Assembly (NCBI GenBank): GCA_012862495.1
Contig: BLSG01000353.1
Span: 46,201 to 66,100 of the forward strand
DNA length: 19,900 nucleotides
Direction: 5' to 3'
From: Thraustochytrium aureum
Taxonomy: Eukaryota
Positions 1 through 9,026 of this stretch are shown one piece after another. A program made the position numbers and the translations under genes. The notes below the pieces were generated by a model. It searched no databases. It saw only the letters and a list, made by a program, of their open reading frames with translations, and was not told the origin of the DNA. The first letter of the stretch is position 1, and every line of letters starts with the position of its first letter.

Positions 1-70
1 CCCATGCATGGCTAGCGTCTTCCTCATCCTTGTTCTTGGCCGCGTCACTCGTGTCGAATAGCTCGCTCAT
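1..70 (-). CDS. 5' end of a probable protein-coding gene running off the window (MSELFDTSDAAKNKDEEDASHAW...)
   Basis: ATG at 70 in a CAAG-ATG context identical to the alpha-tubulin start. The frame is open to the window edge, but only 23 codons are visible. Confidence 0.35.
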   Translation of the reverse strand, partial: MSELFDTSDAAKNKDEEDASHAW

Positions 71-205
71 CTTGTAGCCAATTCTGGGCAGGCCTTTCTG
101 CCACAACGGGCCCACAAGGCAAAAGGAAGGCAAGCAAGTGGATCGACAAGCCGCCCGTTGTCAGTAAAAATGAAACAGTCGAGTGTTGGTCGAGTGGATC
201 AGAAT

Positions 206-2834
206 TCAGAATTCTGCGAGAGTTATTCGCGCGGCCTCTCGCGCATTTGGATGCCGCTTTTGCTCTTCGACAGGCTCAACCATAGAGTCGTAGAGGCTGC
301 CTCGACCGTCGGCCTCCGCAACAAGAAACTCTTGCTCCGGCGGTCGCCATTCCTCCAGTTGCTCGAGGCTGTGAACTTGTTCGAAGAGCTGGCGGTAACG
401 CGGAGCCACTCTCAATTCAAAACCATCCACGGCGCCAGCTGATCCGTAGCCCGATGGTGCGACGCGGCGCAGGAGCCTCGCAACGGCTGCATTCTGTCGC
501 TCTTCCGCTTTAAGCGAGGCGCCACCTCCTGTTGTACCGGAAATTGAAGCAGAGGCGGTCGTTGCAGGTGGCCACGTTACTAGCAAATGCCGAAACTGGC
601 TTGAGCCTGTGCACGTATGCAAGGCTGAGCAAAACCGGCACCAAGATGGCACAAAATCGCAGCGCTGCCCACTCAGCCCGTGGAATCAGCAAGAGCTTTT
701 CAACGTCGAGGACGCTCCAAATCGTTGCGGCAGAAAGACCTGCGCGAAGCACGAGACAGGCCTCAAAGGTCCAGGCGACAAAATCCGCCGTCCTTGTTGC
801 AGCGAGGCGGCCCTCCGGCGCCGCGCAGCCATTCAAAAGATAGCGCTTCTCGGCGGCGTAAATGAGCGCAAGGTGCGCCGCGCAAAGGGGCAGGAGAGCT
901 GGCGCGCCAGGCGAATACACGACCCCTAGCATCATCGCACGAAGGAGCGCCACTTGCGGCGCCTCTGGGCGCCACTGCGGCAAACGGAGCTTTTGAAGCA
1001 AGTGGAACTGCGTGTGCGCTTTGCCAACTTTGGCTTGCCTGACAATGGCGGCAACAGGCAGGCCAAAGACGTACCAGGCGACCGACAAGAAGAACGAGAC
1101 GCCCTCGCACCCCACCACATAGCCGATGGCGCGGCCACGCCACCACTCTTCGGTCCCAGGGCCTCCGGCGCTGAAACTCCAAATCAAGGGCCACACGAGC
1201 AAGCTAGAGCCCAACACGAAAACAGACGTGATGGTGACCAGCATATGTACGTGCACGCTGCGGAGGGGGTGCCCGTATTGCAGCAGGAGAGTCTGCAAAA
1301 CTATCTTGCAGAGCTCCTGCCAGCAAACTGCCACAGCGGCGCCCGCAGCCCAGCCCCACGTGTTGAATGCAGAGTCCCAAGCCAGGTATCCCAGCAAGTT
1401 GATCCAAAGCAGCACAAGCACGAGGGCCAGCACTGCCAGGGCCGGCGCGCCCGACTGCGCAAACCGGTGCGGCTCGCGAAGCCGCTGCCAGTTTATGTTG
1501 CCAGGATAGATGTCCTCGCTGGTCCCAATCGCTCGGAACGGCGTTGCGGGGGCACCGCACAGGAGCTTGAGATGGTGCAACACGGCATTGTCGCGGTCAA
1601 AGTGCAGCAGCTTCCTTGCAAGCCTTGCCTGCTCCGCTGTTTTAAACGTGGCGAAAACGATGTCGACGGGCGGAGAGCGGCGGTCCTCCGTGCCAAGCTC
1701 CTCGAGGAAGAAGACCTCGTCAAAATAGTCCTCGTCCAGCTTCTTCATGGCTTCTCGCTTGCCTCTCAAGAGCGCCTTTGCTGTCCCGTGCTCTACAGTT
1801 ATGGACCTGGCCGCACTGAGTCGCCGCTGAAGAGCGACGATGTCTTGTTCAAGACGAACGCGTTTCTCCGCGGCGTTGATGAACCGGAGGGTTTCGCTGC
1901 TGCAGTTGAACAGGTGCTCGACCTCGACTGGCACGATTGGCGGCGTTTTCTCGCGGACAAATCGCGCGCGGCGCCCGTAGCTTGCTTCATGCCTCTTTTG
2001 CTCTCGGATTCGTACGAGCTGCTCCTCCCGACAGAACGCCTCGAGGTTTTTCTTGGTCAGGTTGTCCTGCAAATGCGGGCATTGGATCAAGAGCAGCGTA
2101 CGCTCCGCCAGCATCTTGTCCGGATCGGCGATTGCACGGCCGCGGCGTCTCTCTGCGCTGGTGTAGAGCCAAGGCGCCGCAAGCGCGGCGAGCAAGGGAA
2201 AGAGAACTTCGAGCATCGCAAAGTAGTCGAAAACCAGCTTGCAGTTGTCCGGATTCTTGCACGCCAGAATGGAGTACCGGAGGAGGATATCGACTGCATC
2301 TGGTGGCGCTGTCGTTGGGTTTCGTTGCGCAAAGGCAAACGCCACGACCAAAGGAGCTGCAAAGCATGTCCATACGCACAGCACAATTGCGACGACCCGG
2401 GCCTGCATGAAAAAAGCCCAAACCCCGACGCCAAAGACGTCTTGAATGTCGATCTCGCGGATAGAATACGCGTCCACCGCGCGCGGCTCGTCGTCCACTC
2501 CGGCCAATCCCAACACTCGCAACGCGTGCATGCCCGCCGAGCCATTCAGAATAGCTGCTTTTGCAGTGTCACGGTTTGGGCAGATTCGCTCCTCGAGCTC
2601 TTCTGCTGCTCTCTCTTCGTCTACTTCTCGTCGAGACATCGTGTGCGTGACCATTTCAAAGCATTTCGGACAGCGAATGCTTTCCTCAATCTTGAGCTGC
2701 TCGGTACAACACTTTTCGCAGAGCGCCCAGTGTTCACATGGGAACAATTTCTGCACCGCGTCTTGCGTCAAGCACACCATGCACTCCCAAAGCGTGTCAG
2801 ATTCATCGTCGCCTTCGTCCCCCTCTTCGTCATC

Positions 2835-2877
<43 letters not shown>

Positions 2878-3525
2878 TCGTCGTCGTGGTCAACTTGATC
2901 ATTTTCGTCTTCGTCGTCGTCCTCCCCCTTCGCGTCCTCGACACCCGTGCGGGACCCGTCGTCGACAGCGCCACCTTTGGAGACTTCATGCGCGTCTTTG
3001 TCGAGCTCAGAGCTTGCCTTGCTGACGCCGTCGGTGTCGAATGCAACGATCCTTCCGCCGCTCTGGCTCTGGCATGCGGCTTCGTCACTTGCTCGCCTTG
3101 GTGGGCCGGGGCGGTTTACGACCTCTACGACAGCGAGAGGGACGTCGGGGGTGCATCCAGTAGGTTCTACTGCTGGCTTGATCGCAGAGCTCGCTGTTGC
3201 CTGCTCGTTCGGCTCTGTTGTGACAGGTCTGACGGGTCAGGCCACGAGGCTCTTGGACCGCCGACGGCGAGCCGAGGATCTGCCCAACATCTGGCGGCGG
3301 CGCGCGTTTCAAAAGCAATGGGGCAAGCTTGCTAGGGCTCGAGAGCGGTGCAGAGGCGCCGAGCGCCTCACCGTCGAGGTCTGCGGGCAGGCCAAGTGGG
3401 GGTGCCCGGCGCAACAGAGTCGGGCTCCTCGGTGACCCTCCCTCGACCGCACCAAAAGCCTCGGCCGCCCTGGAGAGCGTCTCTGGCTGCGCTGGGGATG
3501 GCCCAGGTGGAGGTGGCCTCTTCAT
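206..3525 (-). CDS. Multi-pass membrane protein of the OSCA/TMEM63 (CSC1)/TMC-like channel superfamily with an N-terminal Pro-rich/acidic region and C3HC4 RING finger; two apparent +1 frame breaks (about 3236 and 512-600)
   Basis: The core frame is open from 3236 to 510, extending 152 codons upstream of the listed ATG at 2780. It contains RING ECMVC-x11-CEH-x3-CEKC-x12-CPKC (2783-2661) and channel-like motifs FGVGVWAFF, RTLLLIQCP, VFATF, PGNINWQRL, TQFHLLQKL and VVYSPGAPALLP...YAAEKRYLL, plus many hydrophobic helices. Protein-like segments continue in adjacent frames: MKRPPPPG... from ATG 3525 and ...KAEERQNAAVARLLRR...TLAEF* to 206. Outer boundaries are inferred. Confidence 0.7.
2838..2876. 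repeat. (GTC)13 microsatellite encoding a poly-Asp tract on the minus strand
   Basis: 13 perfect GTC units inside a D/E-rich stretch (about 2803-2940) just N-terminal to the RING finger. Confidence 0.95.
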
Positions 3526-3960
3526 GCTCGCTGTGCCGCGCGTGCTGCGAGCCTTTTCTGTCGAACTGCTCGGGCTGGCTCGGGCTGGCACACAACGAAA
3601 AAGCCGTTTCGCGCAGGAGAACTCCTCTTCCAGAACCTGAGCTGGAATCGGCAGCGGCTGCTTTCGATCTCCTGACGGTCAGGCACTTTGCTGCGGGAGC
3701 GCGATCGTCCTGCCCACGGACGGCCCGGGACAGGTGCGCGCTGCTTGCGGTTGCGTGCGCTCCTGATGGGCCGTTTGCGACGGCTGCGCCAATGAACGGC
3801 TCAAGGCGGGCGCTTGCGTGGATGCCTCCTACTGAACCATTGGAGAGAGAGCACAGGAGTGAATGGCAATTTCGTTGAATTGGTGATCCTTGGCTGATCC
3901 ATGGTGTTGCTGAGCCTGCTCAGAAATGTCTTGGCGAAGGCCCACACGCGAGGCAGCGCG

Positions 3961-4638
3961 TCAGTCGATAATAGAGTGGATGTTGCGGATGGCATCCTCC
4001 ATCGACTTGCGGCCGCACGCGAAGTCTTCTCCAAAGCCAAGGGAGCTGTTGGACCCAAAGGTGGCTTGGGCGACCTCGTGGTCATGGCGCCGCCTGGCCT
4101 CGAGGAGGGCCTGGCGCGTCTTGAAGCCGCTACATGCTGGCTGGCTGTCTGGCGGTGCTTCGTTGTCGCGATAGAATGGTGTGTTGAGGTGCGACAGCAC
4201 GTTTGTGGAGGCTCGCGAGGCGCTCCTCCAATCCTGCAAGTTTTGCTTTCGATCGAGGTACCCGCGCGAAACCTCGGAACCGACATGGGCGACAAAGCTG
4301 TTCTTCGCCAGCGATTCTGGTGTGCGGTTATTGTGTCCTGCGCTCGACATCGACAGAGGGTCAAGGGCTTCGCTGGCCTTTGGCTTGAACCGCTCAACGA
4401 GGCGTCGGTGCGCAGATTCAGTGCGCCAGTCATCTTCGATCCCACGGCCACCACTCTGCATGTTGACCATCATGCGCGCCTTGGCTTGCTCGCGCTCTTT
4501 GTCCCGTCTCGCCGGCTTGCGATTTCGCAGCCGCGCCTGCAAGATGGACTCCTGGAACTTTACTAGCGGCGGCTGCGTTGCGCCTGCTTCACTGGGGTTG
4601 GACTTGCCCATCGCTGGCGCTCGCACACGCGAAGCCAT
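3961..4638 (-). CDS. Hypothetical hydrophilic protein, about 225 aa (MASRVRAPAMGKSN...IRNIHSIID)
   Basis: Part of ORF 3961..4980. The first ATG at 4638 is followed by protein-like charged helical sequence. No family recognised. Confidence 0.55.
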   Translation of the reverse strand: MASRVRAPAMGKSNPSEAGATQPPLVKFQESILQARLRNRKPARRDKEREQAKARMMVNMQSGGRGIEDDWRTESAHRRLVERFKPKASEALDPLSMSSAGHNNRTPESLAKNSFVAHVGSEVSRGYLDRKQNLQDWRSASRASTNVLSHLNTPFYRDNEAPPDSQPACSGFKTRQALLEARRRHDHEVAQATFGSNSSLGFGEDFACGRKSMEDAIRNIHSIID

Positions 4639-5232
4639 CGCCACCGCGCCTGGCCTCGCGGCGGTCGCCGTGCGCCGAAGAAGTACGAGTCGCTCGTGAT
4701 TTGCTTTGATTGGGATCGGCGATGTAGTCGCTGGCCGTGCTCTGCTGCAGAGGCCGAGGCGGCTCGAGCTCGGCTCCAGCCCCGTTCGCTTTCCGCCGAC
4801 CGGGCGCGCGAGATCCGTTCGCAAGCAAGGCCGAATATTGCGGGCGCGCCACCCGCTGGAGAATAGCGGTGTGCTGCTTTGTTGCGTAGGTACCGTATGA
4901 AAAAGGTGCGTAGATCCGGTGCATGCGTTAAGTGCGTTAGCGCTGGGCGCGGATGCTGGATGCCGCGGGTCTCTCTCCACTGAGCGGGTGCTCGAGCGTC
5001 CGACCCACGCGTGGAATTCTTGGTTCTCAAAACTGAATGATCAAGAGGCTGCTGCTTTGTTTTTGGCGGTGTGCACGGCAGGCCGCGCAAGCGACTTGCT
5101 TTCTCGCGCGGTCCATCCAACTGGTGTTGCCGCGCCGCGGCAGGCCCCCGCTGGCTTCGACGGCGCCCCTCGGCCTACGCGGCTAACCAAGCAAAACGGA
5201 GAGCGGCTAGGCGCTCAGAGGGCCGCGCGGCG

Positions 5233-6447
5233 ATGTCGTGCGTGTGCATCGGCGGCCCGAAGCGGCTGCGAAATGACTACAAGCACGTGTCCACCAACGA
5301 AGAGCTGGGGGCTATTTTCGGCAACCTGGAAACGGGAGACCTGATGCTCTTCAAGTCGCGGGGGCTCACAGCGTGGGGGATCCGCAATGTGCTTCACTGC
5401 GACTGGGACCACGTTGGCGTGATCATCCGGCGCAGCGCCTCGACCTCGCGGGTAGCGAACCATGGCAAGTCGTACAGCGCAGTCAGGGCATGCTCGGCCA
5501 CTTATTGTGCGTGCACCAACGGCGAGCTGGAAGTGGATGGGCTGGAGATCCTGGAAGCCACGTCCGCCGGAATTCACATCTATCCCTTGTACGAGAGGCT
5601 GGCACGGCGCCTGCACCACGACGTCTTTGTTGCAGTGCGCAAATTGGAGGGTTTCTCGCACGACTCGCACGCTGTTGGGGCCCAGACAGAGGCCTTTATT
5701 CGAAGCGTGCACGGAAATGGGTATTCGTTTTCAAGCCTCGGGACGTACGCGCGGCTTGGGTATCGGCGCAACTTTAAGACCGCCGTCGCACGGATGAAGC
5801 GCAGCACAACAGCTACCTCCACAGATCTCAACGTGCGCACTGAGCAAGAAGGGGCGGATGGGGGGGAAAGCAGCGAGGAAGAGGAAAACACAAAGGCGCA
5901 AGCAGAGAAGAACACTGGCGAGGCTCGCGTTGAGGGCCTTGGCCGAGCGTTCTGCTCAGAGTTGTGCGCAGCGTATTTGATTACCATTGGAATCTTGAAG
6001 GATTCAGCCGTGTCCGAGTCCTTCGATCCAGCTTCATTTTCCTCAGAAGACGGGATCTTACCTCAGCTTTTGGCGCCGGGTGTTAGTTATTCTTCTGAAA
6101 CCGTGGTCCTCGCACCGGGGAATGTGGGGAACCAAGCCTTCAGAAAGTTGTTCCACACGATGCGCAAAGCATACGAGAAGAAGCAGGACGCGGTCAAGGT
6201 TCATCCTGATGGCGCCGCTGGACCAACAAAGCACAGGTACCAGACCATCGAGGACGTTGCTGGGGAGAGGGTTGCCTCCGGCGTCGTGAGCCGCATTCGC
6301 AACCACATCGAGTCACACCTACCTTCGCGAATAGCCTCGCGAAGCCATGCGTTCGAGATCGTGGAAGGCGAGTCGCAACTGTTGCAGCAAGACAGAGTAG
6401 CGTCGCAACAGCTTGCTAGGCCAGTCCCCATCATTGAAAAAAAGTAG
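5233..6447 (+). CDS. Permuted papain-like NlpC/P60 amidase/peptidase (YiiX/YaeF, C92-like)
   Basis: Motifs occur in the permuted order: LETGDLMLF, WDHVGVI (catalytic His), ILEAT, VAVRKL, GNGYSF, FCSELCAAYL (catalytic Cys). ATG at 5233, TAG at 6445-6447. Confidence 0.8.
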   Translation: MSCVCIGGPKRLRNDYKHVSTNEELGAIFGNLETGDLMLFKSRGLTAWGIRNVLHCDWDHVGVIIRRSASTSRVANHGKSYSAVRACSATYCACTNGELEVDGLEILEATSAGIHIYPLYERLARRLHHDVFVAVRKLEGFSHDSHAVGAQTEAFIRSVHGNGYSFSSLGTYARLGYRRNFKTAVARMKRSTTATSTDLNVRTEQEGADGGESSEEEENTKAQAEKNTGEARVEGLGRAFCSELCAAYLITIGILKDSAVSESFDPASFSSEDGILPQLLAPGVSYSSETVVLAPGNVGNQAFRKLFHTMRKAYEKKQDAVKVHPDGAAGPTKHRYQTIEDVAGERVASGVVSRIRNHIESHLPSRIASRSHAFEIVEGESQLLQQDRVASQQLARPVPIIEKK

Positions 6448-6512
6448 CGCGGCACTAAACACTCCTGACTTCCCGTTTGTTGTTCGATTTTTGTCAACGT
6501 GCTCTGTCGACG

Positions 6513-6580
6513 GCGGTGGCCAAGCTCTCGGCGCACAACAGTGGAGCGGTGGCCAAGCTCTCGGCGCACAACAGTGGAGC
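6513..6580. repeat. Perfect 33-bp tandem duplication
   Basis: GCGGTGGCCAAGCTCTCGGCGCACAACAGTGGA occurs twice (6513-6545, 6546-6578) between two convergent stop codons. Confidence 0.95.
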
Positions 6581-6604
6581 GCGGCGCTCGCTCCTCTTAA
6601 CGAA

Positions 6605-7774
6605 CTATCGCTTCGAGATTGGGCCGAGCATGGAGTCGACCACGTCACTTTGCTTGGTTGCGGAGGGCGGGCTGTTGCTCCGGGCCGCCAACCGTGCGGA
6701 TCGAGGAGGAGACGCGTCTGCGCTTGCCGTCGACTTGCGGCGTTTCGCAGGGCTGTGCGACCGCGAGTCTGAGCGAGACCGGGACCGGTCGCGCTTGGAG
6801 CGTCGCTTTTTGCCGCCACGAGAATCACTCGGCGACGAACGCGTCGAACGCGAGCGGGAAGGAGACCGCGATAGCGACCCTGACCTAGAGCGAGAGCGAG
6901 AGCGCGAGGCGCTGAGGGAATCCTCGCTTCTGCTCCCACCCGAGCTACGGGACGAGCTTCGCGAGCGGCTCCTGGAGCGGCTCTCGCGAGGGCGCGAGCG
7001 GTGGCCCTTGTACGGTTGGTCGTGGTCTAGGTCGTCTTCGAGGTCCGGGTCAATGCGTTTGATGTGCATGTAGCTGCAGTTGATGCCGCGGTCGCAGCGG
7101 TTGCGGTCGTATTGCCGGCAGCGCGAGTGGCGAAAGTCTGTCACCGGCGAGAACTCGGGCTCGAGCACGCGGCCGGCATAATATCGCCCCTTGATGCCCT
7201 TGAGGCACTTGTCGGCATCCTGCTCGTCGAAAAACTTGATGTAGACGTTGCCGAGCATGTGGTCGCACAAGTTGTCGCACACAACGATTTGCTCAACCTC
7301 GCCAAACTTTTGCACTTCTTCGAACAGATCAACGAAGAACTCTTCAAAATCATCGTCGCGCCGACCCTGTGTGGGGCTTGCACTCGAGCTTGTGCGCTCG
7401 ACGCGCGCCTGGGGGTTTTGGTACATTTGAGGGACGAGGAGCGTTGTGCTGAACGCGGGTCTGTTGTGCTCCCTGTCGCACTTGTCACCGTGCCGGCACG
7501 CCCCCATCTTGAGATAAAACATGCAGTTGACGCGGTCGAGAGCGGTACCGTGGATCCGCGCCAGGTGGCTCGCGCCGCCATCGGCCTCGCCTCGCCGGTC
7601 CCGTGACCTTGGGCGGTGGCCGCCACGGTCGTCGCGCCTGTACTCGTCGCGGCGGCTGCCCCGCTGGTAGTCGTCACGCCTGTCGTCCCGGCGGCTGTCT
7701 CGGCGGTCGTGGTATTCGTCACGCCTATCGTCCCGGCGGACGTCTCGGCGGTCGTCGCGCCCTCTGCTCGACAT
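6605..7774 (-). CDS. U2AF1: Splicing factor U2AF small subunit (U2AF35 family)
   Basis: CCCH finger 1 (HLARIHGT..DRVNCMFYLKMGACRHGDKCDREHNRP), UHM/RRM (VCDNLCDHMLGNVYIKF, GRYYAGR..PEFSPVTDF), CCCH finger 2 (CRQYDRNRCDRGINCSYMH) and a C-terminal RS domain. The coding region is intronless. Confidence 0.95.
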   Translation of the reverse strand: MSSRGRDDRRDVRRDDRRDEYHDRRDSRRDDRRDDYQRGSRRDEYRRDDRGGHRPRSRDRRGEADGGASHLARIHGTALDRVNCMFYLKMGACRHGDKCDREHNRPAFSTTLLVPQMYQNPQARVERTSSSASPTQGRRDDDFEEFFVDLFEEVQKFGEVEQIVVCDNLCDHMLGNVYIKFFDEQDADKCLKGIKGRYYAGRVLEPEFSPVTDFRHSRCRQYDRNRCDRGINCSYMHIKRIDPDLEDDLDHDQPYKGHRSRPRESRSRSRSRSSSRSSGGSRSEDSLSASRSRSRSRSGSLSRSPSRSRSTRSSPSDSRGGKKRRSKRDRSRSRSDSRSHSPAKRRKSTASADASPPRSARLAARSNSPPSATKQSDVVDSMLGPISKR

Positions 7775-9026
7775 TGCTCAGCCTTCGCTGGTCGAGTGCA
7801 AGCAACTCTGTCCAACCGAGCGGGCTTGCTGCTTGGCCGGAGGGTCGCCTGCCGAGAGAGCGCCTGCTGCCGGGTGGCGTCCAGTCAGTGAGTCAGTCAG
7901 TCGTTGTTCAGTCTCCGTCAGTGAGCCAGTCTCTCTCAGTCTGGCAGCCTGCCTGCTTGTCTGATGGGGCTTTGCTGCTGCTCTGCTGGGTGTCGCTGGT
8001 GGCCATGGGCCTTTTCCAGCTGCCTCGTCACATCGGCCCCCATGTGACGTGAGACGAGGGGGAAACAACGTAACCTTGTGAGCTAACCTTACTTACGTCA
8101 CAGAGACCCTACGTGACGCAATCTGCCGCCACGGCGACAGAGTGCTTTTTGTCTGACAGGAGTCATGGAAGGAGAAGCGGCTCGCGAGGCAAGGCGCCAG
8201 CGACTGCACTGCGCCATGGGATCATGATAAGTAGGTAGAGTACCCTACTACCGCAACGAACTGCCGGGCCTGAACATGCTGTGTAGTAGGGTCAGGTCAA
8301 CGAAAATGTACGCTTGCGCCTGGCCCAGCGCGCTCAATGGCCCGTCGTACTCGCGAAGCGCGCCCGCAGGAACAACCAAAGTCGTCTCGCCCACGGCCGC
8401 TGGCGCCATTCTGTCCTGTCCTGGCTGGCGCTGCGGCTTTCCCCTCAAACTGATCAGAGGCTGGACTACCCAACACACTCATCCGTGACGAAGTACCGTG
8501 ACGGGAACTCGCGACCAGACCTGTCGACCAGGAAGACAGATTCGTCGGGAGGAGTCGTGTCGACAGACCGCCACCTCACATTCATGAGTGATCGGAGTCA
8601 GAGTCGCGAGCTCGAGGTCCCTGACGAGCCCTGACACTGTGTCGGGAGCCGGAATCCGCGCCAAGCGTTTGCAGGCGGCGCAGGGCTTCGATCTCGGCGA
8701 CTCGGGGCAGCGCTCGCCAATGGAAGACCAAGTGTTGATTGAGGCCTCAACTGCGCCAGACTCAACGCACGGGTCACGGGAGGAAGTGTTGCGCACGCGA
8801 CTTGCCGCTTGCGCGCAATCGATCAACTCTGGTCATTCGACTTCGAGCCAGGCCGACCTTTGACCGATCCACTTCAGGGTTGTCGACAAGCGCGCCCCCC
8901 ATCACTGTGGTCGCCTGACAGTCTCGCGAGGCCCGCCGCGTCTGAGCGCCAAGCGCGAACGCCAACGAGGGACTTGCGGCAGCAGCTGACGAAAGAGTCG
9001 CGGACTGGCAGTGCGTCGGTCGGGCG

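Noticed and set aside
954..3335. 793-aa plus-strand ORF
   Set aside because: Antisense shadow of the RING-channel gene; its poly-Val is just the GTC repeat.
8248..8826. Two in-frame minus ORFs separated by one TGA (selenocysteine or readthrough)
   Set aside because: No ATG start, recognisable domain, redox motif or evident SECIS.
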